Positions 12,958 to 24,477 of a stretch of 64,000 bases of DNA are shown one piece after another (the stretch's first letter is position 1; each line of letters starts with the position of its first letter). Source of the DNA: Octopus sinensis. Taxonomy: Eukaryota. The stretch lies in NCBI RefSeq assembly GCF_006345805.1, contig NC_042999.1:12896001-12960000 (forward strand), read 5' to 3'. Made by a program: the position numbers and the translations under genes. Below the pieces are notes generated by a model. That model saw only the letters and a list, made by a program, of their open reading frames with translations. It was not told where the DNA came from and did not search any database.

Positions 12958-13228
12958 TTAAATGCTGGGTGATAGTGGCCACCCTAGTTGTGAATTCGCA
13001 CCACTTCTTCTCCATTTGGAGGTCTGGACTGAACCAGACTCTGAGCAATTTAACCGGTCTGTCAGTCCAGTGTCCCACGATGGAGATGCTGTCAGACAGC
13101 ATGGGCTTGCTTCTCCAGGTGCCGAGCCGCAAGCCCACTGACTTTTCCCAGTTAATTTTTGCTCCCGTTACTGTTTCGTATTCTTTTAGTATCTTGCCGA
13201 CCAGGTTGATGTGCCTATGGCTCAGACA
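12958..13228 (-). mobile_element. L1/Tx1-clade LINE RT C-terminal fragment
   Basis: GKILKEYETVTGAKINWEKSVGLRLGTW...VKLLRVWF matches the L1/Tx1 pattern Y..ASGAKIN..KS...LG.W...KYLG. Confidence 0.7.
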
Positions 13229-13494
13229 GACAGATAGACAGGCAGAAAGACAGACAGATAGACAGGCAGAAAGACAGACAGGTAGATTGATTGATACTCA
13301 CTTCAGTAATGAGTATGTAGATTTTCCCATTTTCTCAAGAATAAAATGTTTCAGAGAAATATACAATTTCATCATAGAATTTTCTTAATGACCATAGAAT
13401 TTCCATGGGCACTACTAGTTAATAATAATGACCAACAAAAGAAGCAACTAATTTTATAATTCAATTCTCTCTTTACAAATGTATCAAAATCTGT

Positions 13495-13549
<55 letters not shown>

Positions 13550-13596
13550 TATGCACACATATATATATATATACAAGCATGTGCACACACACACAC

Positions 13597-14520
13597 CATC
13601 ATCCTCATCATCATCATTGTTTAAATGTCCGTTTTCCATGCTAGTATGGGCTGGATGGTTTGACTGAGAACTGGCAAGCTAGTGGGCTGCACCAGGCTCC
13701 AATCTGATCTGGCAAAGTTTTCGCAGCTGGATGCCCTTCCTAATGCCAACCACTCAGAGTGTAGTGGGTGCTTTTTACTTACCATTAGCACAGGAGCCAG
13801 TCAGGGGGCACTGGCATAGAACACATTTCACATGGTACTTTTTACGTGCCACCAGCATTGACCTACGTTTAAATGGTGCTCATTATGTTCCCCCAGCATG
13901 GATGCCAGTCATGCAGCACTGGTCACGACTACGATTTCGGTTTCACTTGACTCAACAGGCTTTCTCAAACACATCACATTGCCCGATGAATCAAGGGTAC
14001 TTTTAAATGGGCCAGTTATGCAACACAGGCATCGGCCACGGCTGCGATCTCACTTTACCAAAGGTTTCAGTCTCTAGTGATTGCCTCTGTGAGACACAAT
14101 GTTTGAAGGTTTTGCTTCACCACCTCATCCCATGTCTTACTGGGTCTGCCTCTTCCACAGGTTCCTTCCACTGTTAGTGTGTGACACTTTTTCACACAGC
14201 TGTCCTCATCCATATACAACACATGACCATACATCTCTTTTGCATACCACAGTTGATGCATCTTAAGTTCAACTTTTCTCTCAGGGTGCTTACACTCTGT
14301 TGTGTATGCACGCAGGCATTACATATCCAGCAGGGCATACTAGCTTTATTTCTTTGAAGCCAATGCATGTCCCCAGCAGTCACAGCCCATGTTTCACTGC
14401 CGTGTAGCATAGCAGTTCATACACATGCATCATATAGTCAACCTTTCACTCTGAGCGAGAGGCCCTTTGTTGTCAACAGATGTAGGAGCTTTCTGAACTT
14501 TGCCCAAGCTATTCTTATTA
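13597..14520 (-). mobile_element. 5'-truncated RTE LINE (RT C-terminus plus 3' UTR)
   Basis: MLHGSETWAVTA...CVKKCHTLTVEGTCGRGRPSKTWDEVVK; (GAT)n tail at ~13597. Confidence 0.85.
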
Positions 14521-14540
14521 GCCTGGGCAAAGTTATATAT

Positions 14541-14762
14541 CATCATCATCGTTTAGCGTCCGCTTTCCATGCTAGCATGGGTTGGACGGTTCAACTGGGG
14601 TCTGGGAAGCCAGAAGGCTGCGCCAGGCCCAGTCTGATCTGGCAATGTTTCTATGGCTGGATGCCCTTCCTAACGCCAACCACTCCATGAGTGTAGTAGG
14701 TGCTTTTTACGTGCCAGATGAGGCTGGCAAACGGCCACGATCGGATGGTGCTTTTTACGTGC

Positions 14763-14765
<3 letters not shown>
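14541..14765 (-). mobile_element. Young RTE 3'-tail copy abutting (TA)n at 14766-14826
   Basis: catcatcatcgtttagcgtccgctttccatgctagcatgggttggacgg... is close to the reverse complement of 54050-54243. Confidence 0.85.
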
Positions 14766-14829
<64 letters not shown>

Positions 14830-16778
14830 CACATCATCATTTGTTTTTCATGCTGTGCCTGGTTCCATAGTCTGCTTGGGCACGGTTTCTACAGCAGGAC
14901 GCCCTCCTAACACCAACCACTTACCACTTTACAGAGTGTATCAGGTGCTGTTTACATGGCACCACACACACACTCGGACAGATATACACATACATCAATA
15001 GCCATGTAAACTAGTACACATGAATTGATTGCTACACTGATCACTATCCAAAGTCAAACAAAAACAAAAATCAATAAATCAGTTACAAACCACAATGGAG
15101 TATTATTATTCATTATAATATTTCTCATTATTGAGCCAAAAAAGATGAAGGGGAGACAAAGATGGGAATATATTACTTATTTCTAATAGTTTCCATTCTA
15201 TTTGCTTTAATGGACCGACTTGTCAATCATTCAATTTCTTATATATTGATCTCTACTTCAATTCATCATCATTCAATGTCTACTTTTCCATGTTTGCATG
15301 GCTCAGATGGAAAATGTTGAAGCAGATATTCTGCAGCCAGATGCCCTTCTTGTCACCAATCCTTACCCGTTTCCAAGCAAGGCAACATTTCTCCATGGCT
15401 GGACATGTTTTTCGTGGAAAACTAGAAAAGAACAACACTGCTTGTGTGACAGTGACACACATTTACAACTGTCACAGGATATCAAAACATGGATACACAC
15501 AAACACACACATATATGTATAAACATACACACATAATGGGCTTCTTCCAGTTTCCATCTACCAAATCCACTTGCATGGCTTTGGTTAACCTAAGCTTATA
15601 GTAAGATGCCATGCAGTGGGACTGAACCTGAGACCACATGGTTCAGGAAATGAGCTTCTCAACCACACAGCCATGCCTGTGCCGAGCTGTGTAAAAAAAT
15701 GTTCTTTGGTAAAAAGAATAAAAACAAGATTGTTAAAAAATAAGGAACAAATCTACAATGTCCATAACAAGTAACAGAATAAATGAGATATTCCAAGCTG
15801 ATCTTCTTCGCAAAATACCAAACCAAAAGGTGGGGGAGGTTTGAGTAAAATTATTTATTGCTAATATTTTACCCCCTTCTTAACATTAGGGTTTATTTGG
15901 TTGAGGAATAATGTTTTAGAACACTTCTATACTCTCATTTATAGATTTTAAATATAAATATGGATTTAGAAAGTAAATACTTAGAAGAAAAATAAATACA
16001 TCATCGTCATTCAATGTCTGCCTTCCATGCTGGAAGTGCTTGAACAGTACAACCAAATCCAACAAGCCAGAGGACTGCACATGGTTCCAATGTCTGCTTT
16101 GGCACAGTTACCTTAGCTGGTGCCTTTCCTGATGCCAGTTACTTTACAGAGTGTTCTGGGTGCTTTTTTTCCATGGCACCAACAGCAGTGTGATTGCCAA
16201 CTTCCATAACAACATAATGGGGGTATAATATTGAGGGAGGTGGGCTACCCCAGCAGGAAAGGTAGAAGAGATGGAGATGAGTATCAGGGAATACCCTCAA
16301 GATACAGGACGATAAAGAATAGGGATAGGGAATTGAGGATCAATAGATGGGTAGATTTACAAGAGTGTGAAAAAGGAGTGACAGATGATTAGAGATGAGG
16401 ACAGAAGGGGATGCAGTGAATAGAAATCATTGTTTAACATCAACTAACGGAAAATAAGAGTGGAGAAGTGCAACATTATAATAAAACCACAAATGAGAAA
16501 TAGGGAGATGAAAAATATAAATACAAGAAGATTAAAAAAGAATAGAAAAGAAAAAGAGCAATATCTATTTGAGAAAAATCAAGTACCCATATTTCACAGA
16601 TCAATAATCCTTCATGTACAAAAACACCCTGAAAGAAAGTCACCTATAGTATAATACAGTCTCATAAAAAAAAAGTGGGGTGAGAAGCACAACATACAAT
16701 GAGAGAATGTAACTGATACACACCAACATATAACTAACCACTAGATTTTAACTATTGTACCAGTTTAGCAATAGTTCT

Positions 16779-16805
16779 TACTACTACTACTACTACTACT
16801 ACTAC

Positions 16806-16845
<40 letters not shown>
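16779..16845. repeat. Compound (TAC)n(TAA)n microsatellite
   Basis: Directly visible. Confidence 0.95.
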
Positions 16846-16846
<1 letters not shown>

Positions 16847-17130
16847 GATGCAGCTGTTTCTGCTGATATGAACAGTTAAAGAACAGTAAAAAATAGGAAA
16901 ATACCAAGACTTAGTAAGGAGAATCCAAAAACTGTGGAAGGTTTCTGCAAAAGTAATGCTAGTAGTTATAGCTACCCTCAGTACCAATACCAACAGAATT
17001 GGTAGTTTTCTTATTCAGATAGCAATAATAAGAATTGCATTAATGCATATATCTTTTTCTATTTGGAAATGCAAAGATTGTTCGAATGGTCCTGGATATC
17101 TAAGGAAATTAGTTGAGACCTGGTATCAAG
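16840..17130 (+). mobile_element. Decayed C-terminus of an RLE-type (R4/Dong-like) non-LTR retrotransposon
   Basis: IIDAAVSAD...KYQDLVRRIQKLWKVSAKVMLVVIATLST resembles the restriction-like endonuclease tail IIDVAIP.D...KYQDL..EI..LW......PVVIGALGT. Confidence 0.55.
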
Positions 17131-17638
17131 CACATCAATTCCATCTGCTAATTCCATCTGCTAATTACAAGTGACTACAGTTTTGTAGAATGTTAACTAC
17201 ATACTAGAACAGTAAAATATATTTTATGTCAAGATTTACCACCATCTGCTGTCTACCAATGTGGTTTTAGAGGTATTTGTTTAAGCCAATGATAAAAATT
17301 GATTTAATCACAGATCTTAAACTTCACCATGTACCATATTTTATAACTGTCTAGTTAAATATGCACTTTTGTAATTTAAAATTTTGTCCTTAAAACTGAA
17401 AAACAAAAAATATTGCATAGCAGAAAAGGTAGAAGCCAGAAATTGACAAGAATTTCATATATTGCTACGTAAGTTAATGTAGTTCTCTTAACATTGTTAA
17501 AAGTTGGTGTAAATTCATGAATTCCTTAAGACAAATTATCAGGAAAAATAAAATTATTTGCATACAAAACAGATACATAAAATTTTGTGCTTACAACACT
17601 GAAAAATAAATCACATGCTTACAATTCAGATAACTTAC

Positions 17639-18440
17639 CAGAACTTTGAATAGTCTCACAAGGATAATAGGTGGGTGTATGTGCTTCACCAGATTTCTCT
17701 TTAAATACTTTCACACGATTGTCAAAAACCTTCAAATAAGGATCTGGACTTTCCCATTGGGAAAGAATTTTATTATCAATAAGTGTTGTGAACATTTGAG
17801 TTTCTATAAATGGTGAAAGAAATGGTAAATAAGCTTCTGGCTGATCACTCAAGAATGCAGCTTTGTCAAAGTTTTGCATCATTTCACGGTTGCTCAGCCA
17901 TTGTTCCATGTTTTGTGAAGATGGAATGACAAATGATTCATAAGAACAGAACATATGTACAAAACGGTTCAGAAAGACTTCACGCACGGCATTGTTAAAT
18001 TTGTGCTCAATCAATTCTTTTGAAGGCATAACAGACACATCTTTAGTTAATGTTTGACTCATAGAGTCTTTGTTTCGGTTGTTGTCAGATGGATCATCGA
18101 AAGAATCCCAAACTCCTGCCTTTTTGGCTAAGGTTGATATCTTAACCCATGCTTCGTTGTTTTGCAGCATTTCCCATTTCTTTTCAGGAGATGTGTTCCA
18201 ACTGTGTTGGTCACTGAACAATGATGAGGCACTCTGTTTACGTTGCCCTCCCTTCCGTGAACCATACAAAAGCTTCCGATCAAGGCTCTGGCTCGTGTAA
18301 TTGTCCTTACTAAATTCACTACGGTACCGAGACAATATCGATGATAATTCCAATATCATATCCTTTTGGTGTGGAAATAATGGTAAATCCTCAGGAATGT
18401 CCACATTATTCTCATCAATATCCACAAAACACATACTAGC
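17639..18440 (-). CDS. DENND5: DENND5 internal coding exon (end of DENN plus dDENN), 802 nt, phase 0 to 1
   Basis: ASMCFVDIDENNVDIPEDLPLFP...REVFLNRFVHMF...NREMMQNFDKAAFLSDQPEAYLPFLSPFIETQMF matches DENND5 dDENN ([34 protein letters not shown]). Acceptor tattttcag|GCT, donor TCTG|gtaagt. Confidence 0.97.
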
Positions 18441-19843
18441 CTGAAAATATAGGAAAACATCATAATTATTCAATTATCAATCTATCGATTGATTAAATGA
18501 AATACAACTAAAATGAACAAGATATTATTTGCCTTCACAAACAGACAGTTTTTAAAGTTTGTTAAGTTAAAGTAATAGAATTCTTTTAGCATTCTATTCA
18601 GTATGAACTGCGAATGATTAGCTTCTGTGACCATATTTCTACTGAAATACTCTGTTTCAATTTATTGTGAAAATAAAGAATTTAGTAAAATAATTCTCAT
18701 CTTAAAATGTTGATTTGAACACACATTAACATGGAATTTTGATGGAAGGTTCCAATCGAGATCACTTTGAAGCGGGACATCTGTATCATAAAACCAAAGA
18801 CAGTCTCAGGTTGGTATCAAACAGTTAAATCCTTATGTCACCATATTCTATTCAAATATGCAACCTTTGTTTTCATTAATTTTGAAAATAATGGAGAATT
18901 TAGTAAAATAGCTCAGTCTTTTAAAACTGGTCCCTGGAACATCATCTAACATGAAATATTGATGAGAAGTTTCATTCAGATCACTTTAGAACAGGAAGTT
19001 TGTATCATACAACTTCAGAATGCTTAAACCACACTTCAAGAATGTTAAGATCTAAAACTTTATAGCTTGGAATCAATCCCATATGTCTGCCTATAACCTA
19101 CAGTCCTACATTACAGAGAAAAATAAAGAGAAGGGGGAAACTCAAGTTTTATGCTAAATAACAACAACAACTCCAGTACAGTTGTTGTTTAGTACCAAAA
19201 CAACCTTGAATAAACATATTTAAGACAAAAAGTATTCCATCCTTGATCATCCCTCGTTACTCAGGCATTGCTTACCCTAATCTAATGTATCCCTTTTTAT
19301 TAAAAAAAGACTTTATATAATGTAATTTGAGGGTGGTGTAACTGCAATTTCTAGCAAGTCATGCAACCACAGAGAAGCTCCTGAATGGCTTGAATTTAAG
19401 TACCATAGGGAAAATATGGCGTTTTGATACTTCAAGTTTGAGCATATTAAAGTATTATATTTATTTTTTATGTGTTGATAATAATTTCTACTTGTTTAAT
19501 GTATGTAGTATTACATCAGTGTACACACCCATTTGTGTACCACACATTATTACACCAACCAACTACTAAATTTTTTGAAACAGTTGTAAAGATTTTTGCA
19601 CCAAATATGTTTTTGTAACATCTTTCATAAATGATATAATGTCATGTCTAATTACCTGTCCATTTTTATCTCTGTTCATAAAATGAGTGAATGAAATGAA
19701 GAAACCTCTTGAGCTATTTATTCTAGTCAAAATGTTTGCTCAATAAAAAATATTATAGCACAAATCTTATGGAACATATTTAATGTATGGATGTTTAAAC
19801 AAGAGAGGAGAATTAGTATTTATTTGAAATGGCATTGTCTTAC

Positions 19844-20028
19844 CTCACTAGGAAGTTTCAATTCTGACCGATCCTCTTGCCCATGATGAAGGCCCATGAT
19901 GAAAGGGACTGGTGCATCAAGAAAATGAGACAGAGATGCCGGTAAGATTGGAACATAAACATGCTGCCATGTAAAGGGGAAAATAAGGGTGCACAGGGCT
20001 TCAGCCACCAACATGAGTCTCTGGTAAT
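19844..20028 (-). CDS. DENND5: DENND5 internal coding exon (DENN core), 185 nt, phase 1 to 0
   Basis: [47 protein letters not shown]...KLPSE contains the DENN signature [10 protein letters not shown]...LDAPVP. Acceptor gtatttcag|AT, donor GAG|gtaaga. Confidence 0.97.
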
Positions 20029-22144
20029 CTGAAATACAGAAATATCATCATCATAACAATTACTATAATATTATTAAGGTCTCTTATGATTTAGAACATT
20101 GGAAATAAAAGTTTTATGTTCATTTTCCCAGGCTCGCATGGGTAAGTTGAATATATTGAGGCATTGTTTTACAGCTGGATGCCCTTTTTGTTGCCAACTC
20201 TTAGTGGGTTTTGGAATAAGGTTGCTCTTATTTCACACATCATCAAAAGGCTGAAGTGAGATGATGATTTGCCAACAGATGTAACAATGAGCATGAAGAC
20301 TCTTGTCAAGCTCAAATGGAAACAAACAAATACATACATGCAAAATATTTCCAGTGATTGGAAAGAAATGAAATTAACCCCATTAGATACAGAGTTAATT
20401 TAAATGTGAATTTGAGCACAAATGAGTTGAGAACCCAACTGGACATCAAAATTGATTCTTTCAAGAGAAATGGCTGGAGAAGTAGTGATAAGTTGCCATA
20501 CACCCACGGCTCTTTTCCCCTGCAGCTTCCATCATTTGCAATGCAAATCAATGATGCAAGCTAAAGGGGGGAAAGTACCTTACATGAATGGCAGAAGATT
20601 GTTCAAGGGCTAAATTAAGAAAGCTAGAGTAAGTAATGGAAAATAAATGGATATCAGATTGTAAACCCTTTCAATGAAATCAAATAGGTTAGTGAGGTAT
20701 GTTTGCTATACATAAGGGTGCATAGGGCTTCAACCCCCAACATGAGTCTCTGGTAATCTGAAAATGTAGTGAGGTATAAAGAAATGTTCAGCTTGTCTAG
20801 TAGTATAGAGAAAGCTGCATTAAGCGGGTGTCTGTATTCATAACGATGACAGTTACAATGGTGATGACCGTGACGACAAAGACAAATTCAAATAAGACAC
20901 ATTGATTAATACTTTCTAAATAGAAATAGTCAAGTCAAAGTAATGGCAGTGATTTCCTTAGTTAGCAAAGAGTAGAAAAACACCCAAAACAATATCTATA
21001 ACCCTTTTTATTTGGTTCGATTTTGTATCTTTGTTCTTTGACATCATCATCCTTTAATACCCTCCTCATTCCATAATGGCATGGGTTAGTTGATTTGACA
21101 GGATCCAATGGCTTCTTTGGTATGCTTTCTACAGCTGAATGCTCTTTCCAACGCCAACCACTTTATAGTATATACTGGTTGTATTTTTTGTGTTACCAAC
21201 ACAAGTGAGGTCACCAGGCAACTGGCAAGACCATAAACCCCACGAGAGATAACTTTATGCTAGGAGATGAGGGGTTAAAACATGAGAGAAGGAGCCAGAG
21301 AAGTGCAATTTGACTCAAAAGTCCTCCATACTAACCATTTCTTTGGTCACTATTCCACTACCAATTATAACCAACTCTAATATAAAACATGTCATACCAA
21401 ATTCCCTGACTCATACCGTTAAGTTAAAATATGAATCTAAACCAGGCTGATAGCATTATTAGTTTAGAAAATAAACTATTTTATTTCCTCGTTATGTTTA
21501 TAGTTGTCTTCACTATAAACATACATTTGCAGATGTATGAAGTCAGACTGGCTCTCAAGATGTCGTTGCTGATCCATGCCTATGAAACTTTGAATAATGT
21601 AGAGCTAAGTCAGCCTGTTATTAAATAGTTACAACTCGAATAGGTGTTGAGTGCTACTTTCTTTTGTTTGTTCACATACCTGTGTGTGTGTGTGTGTGTG
21701 TGTAATAAACACAGCTATAAAAAAAAAACACACACACACACACACATACAGAGTAAACATTGCTGTACACATACACACACATACAATTTGAGAATATATA
21801 AACGTATACCTTTATTACAGTTCATAACTGAAATTCATATATAAGTATTACAATTAGTTATGATATTATATATACTCTGCACTAGCTGCTTACTTATCTG
21901 AAGATACGTTGCATAAAATCATTCTGAAATGTGGTATGTCACTGGCTACAAACCTACAATTTCAAAATGGTTACAAACATTTCATTAAAAAAACCCAAAG
22001 CATATCATTAATGTTACATTATAATTATGTTAAATGAAAACACTAGCTTTGCCCGATTGCAGAAGGAAAGTACCTGCTAGTGTGCTGATGAAATCTGTAG
22101 ACACATCATGATAAAAGTGCTCCAACAGATTACGGTTAACCATT

Positions 22145-23748
22145 AACGAGTACAGTGAAGAATTCCGGGTAGAGGTAGGGGTCCACCAAGGCTCAGTCCT
22201 CAGCCCCCTCCTATTTATCATAGTCCTCCAGGCAATAACGGAGGAATTCAAGACAGGATGCCCCTGGGAGCTCCTCTATGCTGATGACCTTGCTCTAATT
22301 GCTGAGTCACTATCAGAACTGGAGGAGAAGTTTCAGGTGTGGAAGCAAGGATTAGAATCGAAGGGCCTTAGAGTCAATCTAGCTAAAACCAAAGTCGTAA
22401 TAAGTAGGAAGGTAGACAAATCACAAACGCCTTCAGGTAGATGGCCCTGCTCGATCTGTAGAAAAGGTGTAGGTAGAAACTCTATAAGATGCACCAAGTG
22501 TAAGCTATGGACACATAAGAGGTGCAGCAATGTCAAAGGAAGGCTAACTAGGAAGATGGTTTTTGTATGTGGCAGATGCTCGGGAGCATTAACCTCTGAA
22601 AATCTGCAGAAAACAACTTCCGTCAATTTCCAGGGGGAAAAACTAGAAGTAGTTGATAGCTTCCGTTATCTTGGTGACCAAGTCAGTAGTGGGGGTGGGT
22701 GTGCTGAAAGTGTAACTGCTAGAGTAAGAATAGCCTGGGCAAACTTTAGGGAGCTCTTACCTCTGCTGGTGACTAAAGGCCTCTCGCTCAGAGTAAAAGG
22801 CAGACTGTATGATGCATGTGTACGAACAGCCATGCTACATGGCAGTGAAACATGGGCCATGACTGCTGAGGACATGCGTAAGCTCATGAGAAATGAAGCC
22901 AGTATGCTCCGATGGATGTGTAATGTCAGTGTGCATGCTCGACAGAGCGTTAGTACCCTGAGAGAAATGTTGGACCTAAGGAGTATCAGTTGTGGTGTGC
23001 AAGAGAGACGATTGCGCTGGTATGGTCATGTGGCGAGAATGGATGAAGATATGTGTGTGAAAAAGTGCCAATCCCTAGCAGTGGAGGGAACCCGTGGAAG
23101 AGGTAGACCCAGGAAAACTTGGGACGAGGTGGTGAAGCACGACCTTCGAACTTTAGGTCTCACTGAGGAAATGACCAGCGACCGAGACCTTTGGAAATAT
23201 GCTGTGCGTGAAAAGACCAGGCAGGACAAGTGAGTCCAGCCCACTTATGCATGCCTTTCCTCCCTTGGACACACAAAGACCTGTTGAGGCAAGCGAAGTC
23301 GATATCGAACCTCATCCGACGACAGGCACCTATGCCAACCCCCTTTTGCTTGTGAAGACCTGTTGGGGCAAGTGAAATCGAAATCGGAATTGAACCAATC
23401 CTATGACTGGCACCCGGCAGATGCCAGGACCCCTGGACTGGAGATACGTAAAAAGCACTATCCGAATCGTGGCCGAAGCCAGTGCTGCCTCGACTGGCTT
23501 CCGTGCAGGTGGCACATAAAATGCACCAATCCGACTGTGGCTGATGCCAGTGCCGGTGGCACGTAAAAAGCACCCATTACACTCACGGAGTGGTTGGCGT
23601 TAGGAAGGGCATCCAGCTGTAGAAACATTGCCAGATAAGACCGGAGCCTGGTGCAGCCTTCTGGCTTCCCAGATCCCCGGTCGAACCGTCCAACCCATGC
23701 TGGCATGGAGAACGGACGTTAAACGATGATGATGATGATGATGATGAT
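22145..23748 (+). mobile_element. 5'-truncated young RTE LINE; uninterrupted reading frame through YADD, PHD finger and C-terminus (stop at 23233), then 3' UTR and (GAT)8
   Basis: GVHQGSVLSPLLF...LLYADDLAL...WPCSICRKGVGRNSIRCTKCKLWTHKRC...FRYLG...RLRWYGHV. Confidence 0.95.
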
Positions 23749-24477
23749 CAAGACAACAAACTTAAATTGGGAAAAATATAATTTCAGAATCTACTTGAAG
23801 AAGAAAAAAATGAAATAGCAGAAAAAACTTGTTGGTTACAAAAGCTTCATATGCCACAAAATTATTAATTTCACCAACAGAAAGAAACAACGTAAAAAGA
23901 AAAGAAAAGAGAAAGTGAAATCAAGAATTGACTAAATAAGACAAATATTAAATTCCTAAAAAAATCTGCTCAGAATTCAGGACAAAAGATTTCAAATGAC
24001 TTCAAGGGTAAAATTTTATTTTACAATTAAAAAAAAAAAAAAGAAATCGTTATTCAATCTAATTTTAATTTAAAAATCGATATTTAAGATGAAAGAAAAA
24101 TACATTTAAGAAGAAAAAAAATCTATGGATAAAATATTGAAAAATTATAAACCAACTTCAGAGATTTTCATGATTTTTTATTGTTTAAACTTTTAGTATT
24201 TCTATAATACCTGTTCTGCCTCCTTCCTTCATATCCTAACCTTCCATTACCTGCAATAAATCTACCTGCATCTACTGCAGCCTCACTTGGCCATTTTGTG
24301 ACTTGCAAAATGACTATGAAAAATAGCACCAATACAGTTTGTAAAGTGGTTGGCATTAAAAAGGGCCTACATTCACAGAAACCATGCCAAAGCAGACAGT
24401 AGAGCACAACATAGTTCTGTGACCAGTGGGGTCCAATCATCCAGCCCTTGCCAACATCGAAGACAGACATTAAAATT

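Noticed and set aside
1-17638. Next DENND5 exon (linker towards RUN1) inside the window
   Set aside because: A by-eye scan of minus-strand donor sites found no peptide resembling the expected sequence. It probably lies beyond position 1, although a diverged short exon could have been missed.
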